Assembly (NCBI RefSeq): GCF_006345805.1
Contig: NC_042997.1
Location: 29,946,001 to 30,010,000 of the forward strand
Length of the DNA: 64,000 bases
DNA from: Octopus sinensis
Taxonomy: Eukaryota
Reading direction: 5' to 3'
In this document: positions 24,660 to 37,869 of the stretch, piece by piece
Numbering within the stretch: the stretch's first letter is position 1
Layout of the letters: each line of letters begins with the position of its first letter
Notes under the pieces: generated by a model
Database searches by the model: none
The model's input: the letters and a program-made list of their open reading frames with translations, nothing else
What the model was told of the DNA's origin: nothing
Position numbers and translations under genes: made by a program

Positions 24660-27040
24660 AAAGCGTATTATGTTTGTCGACCGGTTTCGCTTTCGCTAAT
24701 CATGGCATTGAAATTATTGTAATTTCGTATTTTCTTAAGAAGATTTTAGTCGATGTTGCTGTATGGGAAGTTTGTGAATGAGTCAACAAATAGAAAAATC
24801 TGATGGGTGAACGTTATAATTCGGGACAGGGAACGTAATTGTTCATTTGGTGTGTAGGGATAAATAAATGTACAAAAACACAAAAGCTAAAGTAGTGTGA
24901 TGAAATATGTACAGTGATCGTGAATTAAAATATATCTGGAGACCAAAGTTGGTTATGCGTTCATATTTAAGCATGTTCTGCATTTTTCGATAAATAAATT
25001 TTCGTTATTTAAACGTTCTGTGAAGTTTGGTTGGGTATTACCTGCACATCTCTCTATGTGTTCACTCAAAGGAATCTGTCTGTACTTTCGGAAACGGATT
25101 TGTTCCTTATCTAGTGTGGGTCCGTCATACTTTTCTGTTCTATATAGTTATGTCGACGACCAGAACGAGTTATAACATAAATTAGATTCTCGGAAGCACA
25201 AGTGAAGTTGGTTTTAATTGTAAACCTTTCTCTTTGTTCGAATAGGAATTCTAAGCTTTCCAGGTGTTTGGGGCATGTCCCACAGTTTGGACGTCCACAT
25301 TTTTTATCCGTTGGTTTCGTAGTTGTTGTGCAAAGCTTCACATATGTCAGAAGTCTTTTCTGCGATTTGTGTAGCTTTTGCATTTGATGAATTTGTGTTT
25401 TCAGAATGTTGTTCATTTTTGGATCCCTAGTGCGCATAAGTAGATTTTGTACAATAGCGTTGTATACCCCATTTTTTCCAGGGTTGTGAGTTGATATATA
25501 CGGTAGTATTTTGAGATCAGATGTGGTGTTACACTTTGTTTTCCTTAGTGTGTTAATGCCTAAATTTCTTCTCACGCTTAATTCCATTATCTATAAGTGA
25601 TGGTAGATATTGTCTCTCAGTTAGTGTTGTTCTGAGATCTTGAAGACGGAGGTCCCAAGTATTTCTATCAGACACTATTGTGTAAACCTTATTTCTAAAT
25701 TAAAGGGGATATTTCTTTGATGCGCTTCGGGTGTCATGAGCTGAACAGAAGATATTGCTTCCAGTCCGGTGCTTTATGATAAATGTCTGTTATAATTTGG
25801 TTGTTGATGTTTCTTTATCATATCTAGCTCTTCTTTGCTATATTCCATAGTAAATTGAATGTTAGGGTTTATGTTATTTAGTATTGATTTAAATTCCAAA
25901 AGCTTATCAATGGTCTCATTCCAAATGATAAAGCAGTCATCCAGATATCTTTTCCAGTTCTCTCTTATAAAATGGTGAAATGGATATCCATATTTTTGCA
26001 GTGACACTTCATATATGGTGAATTCAAAATATACCATTATTAGGTTCGCAAGAACAGGGGCTGCTTTCATTCCTATCGTAATTCAACATTTTTGACGATA
26101 GTAGGTGTCGTCAAATAGGAAATATTTTTTGTGAAGTATACATTTTAATGCTTCAATTATAAAAACCTGGTTTATGCGTTCCGGAATTTGTCCGGGGTAC
26201 TTTTCCAGCCAGAATTTTATTGTTTCTATTCCATAATCATGTGGGATATTGGTGTAAAGATTAATGGAGTGAAACCAATAATGTCTCTTCATTAGTTGTT
26301 TTTGGTAAATGCACAAGCATATTTAGATAGTCTCTAATGGAACTTACGATGAATTTCAGCAAGAGTTTCAGTAGGATGTCTAGAATAATTCTTTGGCGGT
26401 GGGTTTCACAGGCTAGGCCACCTATAATGAGTTTTAACTTTAAATCTTCTGGTGTTAGAATATTCATGTGATTCTTTGGTGATTCTTTGCAGGTGTCATT
26501 AATTATCTAGCACTTGTGTATTTTAGGTAGGCGGTAAAAAACTAGGATTACATTTAAAGATCGTGATGTAGATGAATCAAGGATGCAAGATTTTTCATTG
26601 ATTTTTGTTGCTTATAGTTTACAACTTTTTCGTTGAAGGTAACATTTTCTAGCATGGATAATACTAGGCTTTTGTAGTATTCTCTGTCCATCAGGACCAT
26701 AGCACTTTCTTTGCTTAATTGTTATTTCTTTGTCGTTTTGCAGTTCCATTAGATTTTTGCATTCTAAATTTTTGAGGTTTGAATAAGTTTTTCATTTATG
26801 GCAAGTATTTGGGAAATTTTCGATATGGTCACAGAAGTCATCTAGTGTTTTATTCCTAGCCTTAGGAGGAAGATAACTGCTTCTGTTTTCTACTAGTGAT
26901 TCATCCTCGTTGTAGTCGGTGCTGCTGTGATTCGTAATTTTTTGCGGAATTATTAAATATTGTCTTTAATTTCATTCTGGTTAGATCTTCGTGGGGTTGG
27001 GGTAAATTTTAATCCTTTAGTTAGTATGCTGATTTTTGTT
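24660..27040 (-). mobile_element. Penelope-like retroelement (RT plus GIY-YIG endonuclease), decayed
   Basis: Minus peptides KAAPVLANL...WKRYLDDCFIIW...NNINPNIQFTME (PLE RT), LYTNIPHDYGIETIKFWL, CGRPNCGTC...FTCASENLIYVI and QIRFRKYRQIPLSEHIERCA (GIY-YIG region). Many stops and frameshifts. Confidence 0.92.
24675..24706 (-). ncRNA. Decayed minimal hammerhead in the 3' region of the Penelope-like element
   Basis: Minus strand GCC-ATGATTA-GC GAAA GC-GAAA-CCGG-TC-GAC. Core matches CTGATGA at 5 of 7 positions, helix II has a GNRA loop, and the ACCGGT helix III is palindromic. Confidence 0.5.
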
Positions 27041-27125
27041 GCAGAGAGAGTTTTCTTTCATAACTTTATTACTATGTAAACTGTGTGCATTTTCCTTTTA
27101 TATATATATATATATATATATTGTA

Positions 27126-27514
27126 CTAGCAGTATCGCCCAGCGTTGCTCGGGTTTGTAAGGGAAATAACTATATAAGCATCTTTAGAGATGTAAAGTAT
27201 AATAGCCATCTCAATATGGCTAACCACAAAGGGGGGTGTTACTGTAGCTTTTTACGTTCTGAGATTTAATAATAAATTTTTAGAGAGTTACTTCCCTTAT
27301 ATATGCCAAAAATGCATTAAAAATGGGAAAAATTGATGGTAATTTTTTTTTTAAATCGTAGACTCATCGTAGACGCGCGCTAATACCCAAAAGAGCTCCA
27401 TATGAATCACGACTATAAGATACCCGGTTTTGGTTAAACTGCACCGCAAAATCTGGGAGTAGTTAGGAATCGTAGGAGACAGACAGCACACAACCTCTCT
27501 TTTATATATAAAGA
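27126..27514 (-). mobile_element. Non-autonomous Helitron
   Basis: Minus strand starts TCTTTATATATAAAAG and ends with hairpin CCCGAGCAACGCTGGG then GATACTGCTAG. Inserted between A and T, no TSD. Confidence 0.85.
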
Positions 27515-27589
27515 TTACAACTCACCGTGGGGATGACCGAAATTCTTCTCCTCCCTTTTTACTATATGTATGTATATATCTAAGTGTGT

Positions 27590-27810
27590 GTATGTTTTTT
27601 GTTTGTATTTGTCCCCTTCCCCATCATCGTTTGACAACTGGTATCGGTGTGTTCATGTCCTCGAAACATAGCGGTCCGACAAAAAACACCCATAGAATAA
27701 GTACTAAGCTTATGAAATAAGTCTGGGTATCGATTCTTTTCGACTAAAACCCTTCAAGTTGGGGCTCCCGCATGGCTGCAGTCAAATGACTGAAACAAGC
27801 AAAAGAAATT
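27590..27810 (+). mobile_element. Diverged 3' half of SINE family A
   Basis: TAGAATAAGTACTAAGCTT...CATGGCTGCAGTCAAATGACTGAAACAAG. Confidence 0.75.
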
Positions 27811-27848
27811 ACTAGGAGATAGATTTCGTATTAGGCTTTTATTAGGTA

Positions 27849-28361
27849 CTAGCAGTATCGCCCGGCGTTGCTCGGGTTTGTAAGGGAAATAACTATATAA
27901 GCATTTTTAGAGAGTTACTTCCTTTATAGATGCCAATTCGGGCTTTCTTAGCCATTTCTGTTTTGGTGTCTTCAAGCCATGAAGTCGTTGTTCTAAAAGA
28001 ACGCTGGTCTCCTTGACAACGCATTACGACGTTGATTTCCTTACACTCCCTTCCCCACAGCTTCACGAGGGAGGGAAGAAGGGGGAGAAGCAAACAGGTG
28101 CAGGTGTGACCATGGACGCCAACTCCGCCGCCATCGACACACGAAAAATTATGCATTAAAATGGAATAAAAAATGATGTTAAATTATTTTTTAAATCGTA
28201 GACTCATCCTCGACGCGAGCTAATACTCAGACGGGCTCGATATGAATCACGGCTATAAGATACCCGAATTTGGTTAAACTGCACCGCAAAATGTGGTAGG
28301 AGTTAGGAATCTAAATCGTAGGAGACAGACACTCACACAACTACAGTTTTATATATATAGA
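27849..28361 (-). mobile_element. Non-autonomous Helitron, second copy with a different internal insert
   Basis: Same termini (TC...CCCGAGCAACGCCGGG...CTAG) and shared core with 27126-27514. Confidence 0.85.
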
Positions 28362-28867
28362 TAACATATGTTTCGACCCGTCAGCCCAGCACTATGACAG
28401 CATAACAGTGGGCGGAAGCCGAAAGAATCCACAGAAGAGGTGCAACGGTATTCATGTCAGATTGGGGGATGCAGTGTTTCTAGTTCTTTAAGCGTTATCA
28501 ATGGGAATTACCAAAGTAATACTGGGCTGACTTTAAGACGTAGCTTCAACTAAAACAGTCAACAACATTGACTGGGTTACACTCTTAGACTACCAGGTCG
28601 GAAGAAATTCTGCAGTATCAGCGTGAATCCGTGTTTAGGCGTAAGCGAACTTTAGGTTAGTTAAACTGTGTTTGTGGCATATTTCAGCTTTTAGTGGCAA
28701 ATTCACTGCAGATACCGTAGAAAAAATATATACATAACAGTACAGGAAGCTGGAATTTTTTTGTTTCAATTATTTATGCAGCTTTACACTTTTTATTAGC
28801 TAATAGAAATCACAAAGTTGTACATGTTGGATAAACGTAAGAAATTTCCTATTAGAAATTCTTCAGA

Positions 28868-29246
28868 CTGTGTGGTAAGTAGTTTGCTAACCAACCACAT
28901 GGTTCCGGGTTCAGTCCCACTGCGTGACATCTTGGGCAAGTGTCTTCTGCTATAGCCCCGGGCCGACCAATGCCTTGTGAGTGGATTTGGTAGACGGAAA
29001 CTGAAAGAAGCCTGTCGTATATATGTATATATATATGTGTGTGTCTGTGTTTGTCCCCCTAGCATTGCTTGACAACCGATGCTGGTGTGTTTACGTCCCC
29101 GTTATTTAGCGGTTCGGCAAAAGAGACCGATAGAATAAGTACTGGGCTTACAAAGAATAAGTTCCGGGGTTGATTTGCTCGACTAAAGGCGGTGCTCCAG
29201 CATGGCCGCAGTCAAATGACTGAAACAAGTAAAAGAGTAAAAGAGT
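28868..29246 (+). mobile_element. tRNA-derived SINE, family A, 5'-truncated
   Basis: Begins at CTGTGTGGTAAG, otherwise a full match. Confidence 0.9.
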
Positions 29247-29349
29247 ATACATTCAAATAATACAAAATTTACATTTGGAGGAAACTTTTATACGTATTTA
29301 ATAGATAAAAATATGGCAGGTCACTTGTCTGTTTTCACATGAGTGCTAC

Positions 29350-29460
29350 TGATAACATGAAATCCAATACAACCTGCTGCGTAATCAGGTCGTCGGCAAC
29401 TAAACAGGCACCCTCAACTAGACTTGCTCGGTGAGGCAGGTTGCTGGACACCCAGTCGGA
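29350..29460 (+). mobile_element. Diverged head of the RTE-associated element seen at 12515-12895
   Basis: TAACATG...TACAACCTG.TGC...GGTCGTC.GC.ACTAAAC.GGCA...CTTGCT.GGTGAGG...CTGGACACCC aligns with the minus strand of 12770-12890. Confidence 0.6.
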
Positions 29461-32125
29461 CTATAAACAAGACTTTTCAAAAGGACAGATGAACTAGTGT
29501 GTGTGTGTGTGTGTTTGTGATAGAGTAAGAGTGCGAGTGAACGTGTGTGATCTCATGTACGTGTAAGTTTCACTCACCTACTCTCTCTCTCTGTCTCTCT
29601 CTCTCCCTCTCTCTCTCTCTCTCTCACACACACACAAACACACATACGCGCACACAGAAACACACACGTCCATTTCGTATACACGTTCATGCATTTTTCA
29701 ATTTCTCCTTTCTTTCACTTCAAAACAAAAGTAAATAAATTTTAAAAATTACAGAAATTAACGAACAAAACAGCTGATTCCGATGAGTTTGTTGACAGCT
29801 TTGGGAGTTATAACGAAACTTAGCCGTTGATTATTATCTATCTACCAAATAAACTGTTTTCCACTCAACAACTCTTTTTTACAACTAAAATAACATCGGC
29901 AACTACGTTGGGTCGCACAATTTTGAGGTCATTTTCGGACAATATTTCAATTTCCTTCTAATGTTTCGCTTTCGTCCGATGTTTCACGCATGCGTAAAAT
30001 TCTACTCAGACAAACATTTATGAAATTGTACACATAAATATTATATTGAAATAAGCCACAACCAAAAAAATTACATTAAAAGACTTCCATTTCTCTATAT
30101 TTTACGAGGATATACAACCTTTCTCTCTCTTTCTCTCTTTCTGTCTCTCGCACGCACAAAATAGACGTATGCATATGTATTTATGGCCGAAGGTAACGAA
30201 TGCGCACACCTGGTGTTTAGAGTAAGGATTACGTCGAAAACGGGCGGTGTATATATTCTTTACCTCCGCCTCTTTATGTATATATATATATGAAAGATGT
30301 GTGCGTGTGGGAGAGAGAGAGCGAGTGAGTGACGCTTACACATACATGCAAAAACATTCATACATCACAACAAACACCTTCACTCACTCACTCTCTCTTT
30401 TTCTCTCTCTCTGTCTCATATACACGTCCATTTCATATACACGTACATCTTTCACTTTCTCCTCTCTTTTACTTTGTTCTCTCACTTCAAAGCAAATGTC
30501 GCTTTTCACTTTATCCTCCCTTTCAATTTCTGCTCTCTTCAAAGCATAAATAAATTAAAAGAATTTTACGGAAATTAATGCACAATCATATGATTCCATA
30601 TATGTTGAGTTGACAAACGAAAGAATGCCATATAAAAGTTCCTTTGGCACACACACACACACACACATACACACACACACATACATACATGCACTCTAGG
30701 TAACACTTCTGTGCAAATTATGTTATTTCTTGCAGTTTGCCCGAGCGAATTTAAAGCTCAAATCCAATTGAAGTGAACTTTTTCTGTTGTGTAATTTGTG
30801 TTTGTAATGAGATTATTTAAAATCCTGATCTTCGATATGAACTTAAAAGGAAGTTTTCCCAGAAATCCTATCCTTTACCTCTTCTTTTTAACATATCGGA
30901 GGTGACATTTCCGTCCCCTCCCCCCATTTTTATCATAAATTTCTTCCGATTCCTATGTTTGCGATACAGTAGATTAGGATTTCACCCACAAAACAGGATC
31001 TCAATGTTTTAATTTTCTCCCCTTCCATACCAAATTCATTTTTTACTTTTTCCAAGTATTTTTATTCTTGGTAATCCATGGAGAAAAAAACAGAGAGTAC
31101 GAATCTTTAAGAATTTTACCCATCACCTCACCATGTTCAAATAGCTACACACTTCCAATGTTTCACTTTTAGCTTTTTGGAAAGCGGGGAAGTTTCTTCA
31201 GAAATAATATCATTTACCTGTTGTTTCTAGTATGTCAGGTTTTTTGGCAGTAGTCTGGTATTTTTTCATTTGCTATTTCAGTAGAATTCTATGCATGCGG
31301 GAACCATCAGACAAATTGATATCGAGTAGGTGATGGGTGAGTGAGGTGAGGTATTGAGTGTTTCTTTAAGAAAAATTAAACTATAAACAATATATATGTA
31401 TTTCCCAGATTCGTATTCTCTGTATTTTTGTACGTATATAACAAAAGCAAAAGAAAATTCGAAAAGAAATGCGGTGAGGATGGGAGAAAATTAAAATTTC
31501 GAAAACGTAATTTCTGGACAAAATTGTATTAACCCCCTTTATACGATGAAACAATACATAGTTTGTGATCCTTTTTAGGAACAGAAAGCATTTTCATGCA
31601 AACCCATGTAAACTGTACCCTCTCCCTTCACTTTTAAACAAACAATATATTCCATTATGCCATTAATTATAAATCAGCTGTGCCGATTCTGCCCATAAGA
31701 AAGGAGCAAATAATACAATGTGCCTGCAGGTCATAACACTAGTGCAACGCCGGGATGCATTGCTAGTATTTGTGTGTTTGTGAGTATATATATATAAGTG
31801 TATGTATGTATGTACGTACGTACATACGTACGTGTGTATGTATGTATGTATGTATGTATGTATGTACGAAAGAGGCAACAACTACATTGATGAGAGGCAG
31901 TTGAAATTCAGTTAGAAAATTAATGATACTGAAATTATACCCCACTACAGTTAATTTTCCCATGTGTCCAAACTTGGTTACCGCTGCTATTTTTCATATG
32001 TTAGTGAGAAATAGAAATAGAACTTCCATAGCTTTATTAAATCCTCTTAGATCGTGGATAATCGGAAGGAATGATTTTTTTTTCTTTCAAGTAGCAGGAG
32101 GAACGACTGCGATGTTAAACTTTAC

Positions 32126-32181
32126 CAAATTCGTGTTTTCGGAAGAGAAGATTTCAGTTTAATAATCGTAGCGGAAACAAA
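32126..32181 (-). CDS. Candidate small exon (FVSATIIKLKSSLPKTRI)
   Basis: Acceptor TACTTTTTACAG| and donor TG|GTAAAG. Frame 0 is open and phase-compatible with 32494-32684. Confidence 0.15.
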
Positions 32182-32493
32182 CTGTAAAAAGTATCTGTAA
32201 TTCTCTCTAGATTTAATCTTTAATATATGTGTATGTGTCTAAGTATATAAGTAATGTTACACATTTGCAAATATTCTAGCGATATTGCAATGCACAACAA
32301 AACTTTTGTTTATAAATATTTGACATTTTTTCACAGCTGAAGTATATTTCATCATTGAATAGTAAATCAAGCATTATGCGAAAATCTCAAATCTCAGACT
32401 TATTCGTAATGCTTAGAGCAAGTGATTTATATTACGTTTATATATATGTATATTGAATCCGGAGTACTTTATGCGTAAAGTTGGAACACCTAC

Positions 32494-32684
32494 AGACCAG
32501 AAAGTGAAGTCGAGCAAGGGAGAAAAGTGCAATTTATGTTTTCGTGATTTGTTTCTTTTTCTGTATTCCTGTAATGGCTTATTTATTACAATAACACTAT
32601 GGTCATAGTTACTACCAAAGTTTATCGTCCGTAGGTAGAAGTGATCTTCGTGGGAGACTCCTTGCATGAAATTTGCTAATCCAT
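32494..32684 (-). CDS. Candidate exon (GLANFMQGVSHEDHFYLRTINFGSNYDHSVIVINKPLQEYRKRNKSRKHKLHFSPLLDFTFWS), product unknown
   Basis: Acceptor AATCTTTCAG| and donor TCT|GTAGGT bound 63 open codons in non-repetitive sequence; overlaps track ORF 32413-32667. Confidence 0.28.
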
Positions 32685-32960
32685 CTGAAAGATTTCATGT
32701 CTATAGATTTGTCAGCTAACAGAAATGTATCTCACACTATATAATGCGAAAATCGTTCACGGTATCGAAAAACTACTTGACAACTTCTTTTTTTTTTCCA
32801 CCAAAATTACTGAAGAATGTAAAGTGAAATCATAAAAGTCCCAATGTAACATGAAATCATATAGAAAAATTACTGAAAGGACATCCCAGAACAGAAAGTA
32901 ACAAAAATAATTAGACGAAATTCATGGACATCAGTGGATATGTGTATGAAAGTTTGTTCA

Positions 32961-33364
32961 TACTCTTTTACTTGTTTCAGTCATTTGACTGCGCCCATGC
33001 TGGAGCAACGCCTTTAGTCGAGCAAATCGACCCCGGGACTTATTCTTTGTAAGCCCAGTACTTATTCAATCGGTCTCTTTTGCCGAACCGCTAAGTGACG
33101 GGAACGTAAACACACCAGCATCGGTTGTCAAGCAATGCTAGGGGTACAAACACAGACACACAAACACATACACACACACATATATATATATATATATACA
33201 TATATACGACAGGCTTCTTTCAGTTTCCGTCTACCAAATCCACTCACAAGGCTTTGGTCGGCCCGAGGCTGTAGCAGAAGACACTTGCCCAAGATGCCAC
33301 GCAGTGGGACTGAACCCGGAACCATGTGGCTGGTTAGCAAGCTACTTACCACACAGCCACTCCT
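32961..33364 (-). mobile_element. tRNA-derived SINE, family A
   Basis: Reverse-complement match to the plus-strand copies. Confidence 0.9.
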
Positions 33365-34194
33365 TAAAAAATTCTTCTTTTAACTAAATCATTTAAAAGT
33401 TATGCATTTATATGATAATGATGCTCGGCAGTGGCACTGTTTTACTACAATTACATCGAGGTATTAAATGGACTAGCAAATCTTAAAAAGTAATTGGAAC
33501 CTATCCTATAGGGTTATTTATATACTTCACACACTATGGAACGTAGGCCATCCACAGGTTTTCACCAAAACTTTTGACTCTGGGCTTTCTTCTCACAGGT
33601 CTTGTTGGTTTTGAAAGGCCATCAATGTTTCTCTTTGTCTTTGTTAATGTATGCAAACACTACACAAACTCATTTTTACTTTTGGGAACATGAGACCATA
33701 TTAGCATGACCACTATCTTCTGACTTGCCTAGCACGGGATAGCCTAACAGAAGCCTGCACACCACTTGTATAGCTCTGAAAAACATTAAGGCACCCAAGC
33801 CATCACGCCACAACATATACTGAGTCTTGGGGTGCACGTTACTGGGGGCAGACCAACTAAAAACTATATTGCTACCATTTGCATCTGGATCCAGAATGCA
33901 GAAGAATAGCGATAAATACTAAAGGCATTTTACATGATGTTCTCTTTTTTCAGCCAATCTGCTCTTTTAAGCGAGAAGAAATATTATGCAAGGTGATTCG
34001 GAAGGTCTTTTAAAATTGACATAATTATTGCAATTTTGCTTTTTACATATTCAATATTATGATTGGTATTTGGCTGTAAACATCTTTCGGCATATAAATC
34101 GTTATATATATTTTAGGGAAATCTAGTAAGCAAAACACCAACAAATATTCGCGTTCTTGAAATTGGATATATATATATATTATTATTATTATAT

Positions 34195-34515
34195 ACTTAG
34201 TTAGTTAGTTATGCGCCCTTTTCAAGCCTAGCCAGGCTCATGGGCCCGGTTTCCCGGTTTCTATGACGTATGTGTTCCCCCACCCACCCACCCCTGCTGG
34301 ACGGCCGGGACGCTAGTCCATCGCAGCGTTACTCAAGAGACAGGAAGAAAGAGTGAGAGAAAGTTGGGACGAAAGAGTACAACAGGGGGCTCCACCTCCA
34401 CCCCCTGCCGGAGCGTCGTGGAGCTTTTAGGTGTTTTCGCTAAATAAACACACACAACGCCCGTTCTGGGAATCGAAACTGCGATCCTCCGACCGCGAAT
34501 CCGCTGCCCTCCACT
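34195..34515 (-). mobile_element. tRNA-derived SINE, family C, with a Meta-domain-like 3' module
   Basis: Minus head ...GGGCAGCGGATTCGCGGTCGGAGGATCGCAGTTTCGATTCCCAG (B-box-like), body GCTGCGATGGACTAGCGTCCC...ATAGAAACCGGGAAACCGGGCCCATGAGCC, (AACT)n tail. The domain name is from recall. Confidence 0.75.
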
Positions 34516-34516
34516 T

Positions 34517-34585
<69 letters not shown>

Positions 34586-35812
34586 AGAGAGAGAGATTTT
34601 ATAAATATATTATATTTATATGTGTGTGTGTTTGTGTACCTTTCGATTCACTATACGTTATAAATCTTAATATACACAAATTTCAATCATCACAGTTTTA
34701 TGTTTAAATTAATTAAGTGTCCATAAATTTATATTTGATTTTGACGCAACGTTAATGATACTTCTGATCACTGTCAACACAAACTTTTAGTCGTATTTTC
34801 AAACCGAGGAAGGAAATGTATTTACAATGTCAATATTGTAGACGGTTTAGCGCATTTCTAAGAGAAACCATGCTCCTTGAAACACACTGCGATTCCATAG
34901 ATTACTGGCAACATTTACCTCCTCATTGACATCTCAGACGCACGTAAGGGGTCGACACTACCCAAGTTAACAAACAATAGTGACGCAAGGAAGATAACAT
35001 GTAGTCTCTGAAACATAGTTTGCTTATGATAACCAACAACTTAGTTACTTCCTCATTAACACAAATATTATGAAACTACTAAACGACTTACCTTAGAGTG
35101 ACTTTTCAAATACTAATATTAATACCAACTAATTCGTGTTATTACTCGTTTATATAAATTCTATGTTGGATATTTCCGCAGCTGAAATATTTCACAGTGA
35201 TATCACTAGTCTATTTATAATGATTGTCTGAAGTTTGATTATCTAAACTTTCGGATATGGACACCAATTTATTATCTTGCTTCACATGACAACAAACCGA
35301 TATGTGACTTAGGAGCTCTAATCTTTACCTCAATTTCATTATCGAACACAAGGAGAATAAATATTTATAGCAAGCAATATCGGCTAGCTGCGAATACCAT
35401 AACATTTGATGGTTTATTCGAAAGTTAACTTAGTACTTCTGTCAAACTGAAAGCAGCTCTACGACTTTTACCATCATTCAAGCGTTTAGAAATAGCGGTT
35501 AAAGGTTCCTCAAATCACACCCTACTATCATAAATATGTCAATATGGATGCATACATGGAAAACTGGGATGGTCTCAATTGGAACACATTTCATAGCAGG
35601 TCTACATGATCGGTGCTGAACTACAATAAGAAGCTAACAAGTGATACTATTTATTTTTAAAACGTATTTTTAAAATATAGTTTACATTCTTCGAATTCAA
35701 TGTTTACTAGGTTTCAAGGAAGAGCGAATGCAATTATACGATCTAAGGACGATTGTATGTGTGTGTGTGTGTGCATGTGTGTTTTTATATATATGTATAT
35801 ATATATATGTAT

Positions 35813-35878
<66 letters not shown>

Positions 35879-36384
35879 GGACAGACATACACACATATAC
35901 ATACATAAATATGTATGATGTATGCAAATATTATGTTGTGTGTGTGTGTGTGTATCAAAGGAGTAGCTCTCAATTACATTATGCTTTTTAGCACCATATT
36001 TCTTTACAGGGAATATTCCGGGAGAAAAGCCTCAGCATCAGCGCTGAAGAAACCCACACATATTGAATATGCTGTATTGATAATGTTTTTATTATACAGC
36101 TGTTTCTATTCCCTAATTCGAATTTATATTACAAATAAAAGGGGATTAACGAATTTGAGATTGATCTACAGTCAGTATTCCTCTGAATACTAGATAAAAG
36201 AGTGAATAGATATTGACAATTTTCTTTAAAGGAAACCATTCATACAGACTGAAACACCAAATATGATAAACTATATTAGTCAAAGAATTGAAATTTTGGT
36301 GTTTTAATTTTTAATCCTAAATCTCATGCGCGCTTGCAATATCTATATATTATTTTAATGACTTGTTATACGTACATATACGCA

Positions 36385-37345
36385 GACATTCATATATAAG
36401 TACATAACTTACATACATACATATAAACACATAAATACTTTACATATATGCATACAATACAGAATACAACATACATACATACATACATACATACACACAT
36501 ACATACATACATACACATACATACATACAACATACATACATACATCACTACATACATACATACCTACATACATACATGACATACATACATACATACATAC
36601 ATACAACATGCATACATACATACATACATACATACATACAAACATACATACATACATACATACATACATACTACATACATACATACTCATACATCATACA
36701 TACATGCATGACATACCATACATACATACATACGTACATCCATACATACTACATGACATACATAACTACACAATACATACATACATACATAGCATACATA
36801 AAAAGATACCATACAACATCACAAACCATACATACACATCACAATACACCTACATCATACATACATACATACATACATACATACATACATACATACATAC
36901 CTATACCTACATGCATAATTCATACATAACATACATACATACATACATACATACATACACATACATACATCATACATACATACATACAACATACATACAT
37001 ACATACATACATACATACATACATACTACATACATACACATACATACATACAGACATACATACATACATACATACATACAACATACATACATACATACAC
37101 ACACATACATACAATACATCACATACATACATACATCATACCATACATACATACATAACATACATACATACATACATACATACATACATACATCACATAC
37201 ATACATGCAACATACATACATACATACATACCTACATACATACATACATACATACATACCTACTACATACATACATACACCACATACATACATACATACA
37301 TACATACTACATACATACATACATACATACATACATACATACAGG
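36385..37345. repeat. About 950-bp degenerate (TACA)n simple repeat
   Basis: Direct reading. Source of the HTYI/MYVC ORFs in the track. Confidence 0.97.
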
Positions 37346-37554
37346 TAAATAAATGATGTTTTGCTATCTGTTCAAAGGAACATATTTAGGCCCGCTAAAA
37401 TAAATAACTGAAAGTTTTAGGACTTCCTGTCAACACACAAAAGCACGCACAAGCACACACATACACACACATACTCTCTCTCTTACTCTCTTACTCTCTC
37501 TCTCTCTCACACATACAAACACATACACTTACATATTATATATATATATATATA

Positions 37555-37825
37555 TTAGGCTGGCAACTAAAGTCCCACCGTTTTTTAAATTTAAAGCTTT
37601 TAAAAGGTTTAATAAAAAATAACAACCCATTAATCAATAATATATTCACCCATTTTGTTTACAACTTCTTCCCGACATTCAACAAGATTTTCAATATCTC
37701 GTTGGTAGAAATCAACCGATTTCGACTCGAAAAATTGATCCAACCCAGCTCTCAATTCTGCATCAGTATTGAACGAAATTCCGCGCATAGCATTTGAAAG
37801 AGATCGAAAGAGATGGAAATTATAG
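37555..37825 (-). mobile_element. Mariner terminal fragment (3' end of transposase)
   Basis: TA-TTAGGCTGGCAACTAAAGT terminus. Minus peptide FHLFRSLSNAMRGISFNTDAEL resembles the mariner C-terminal region. Confidence 0.7.
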
Positions 37826-37869
37826 TTACAGAAATCTCTTCAATAGACATAACTTAAAAATCAGATTAT

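Noticed and set aside
30950-31565. Scattered inverted similarities (TTTTAATTTTCTCCC / GGGAGAAAATTAAAA)
   Set aside because: Matches are short and AT-rich, and element boundaries could not be defined.
32636-32680. Plus-strand VEVIFVGDSL, a GDSL/SGNH-like motif
   Set aside because: Stop codon four residues later and no other blocks.
32805-32845. CTGAAGA-ATGTAAAGT-GAAA
   Set aside because: Helices I and III do not form.
36010-36047. IPGEKP resembling a C2H2 zinc-finger linker
   Set aside because: No Cys/His pattern and an immediate stop.
36409-37348. Long ORFs of 93-246 aa (HTYI/MYVC repeats), and similar ORFs at 17.1, 22.7, 41.3-43.4, 45.1 and 57.3 kb
   Set aside because: Read-through of microsatellites that lack stop codons.
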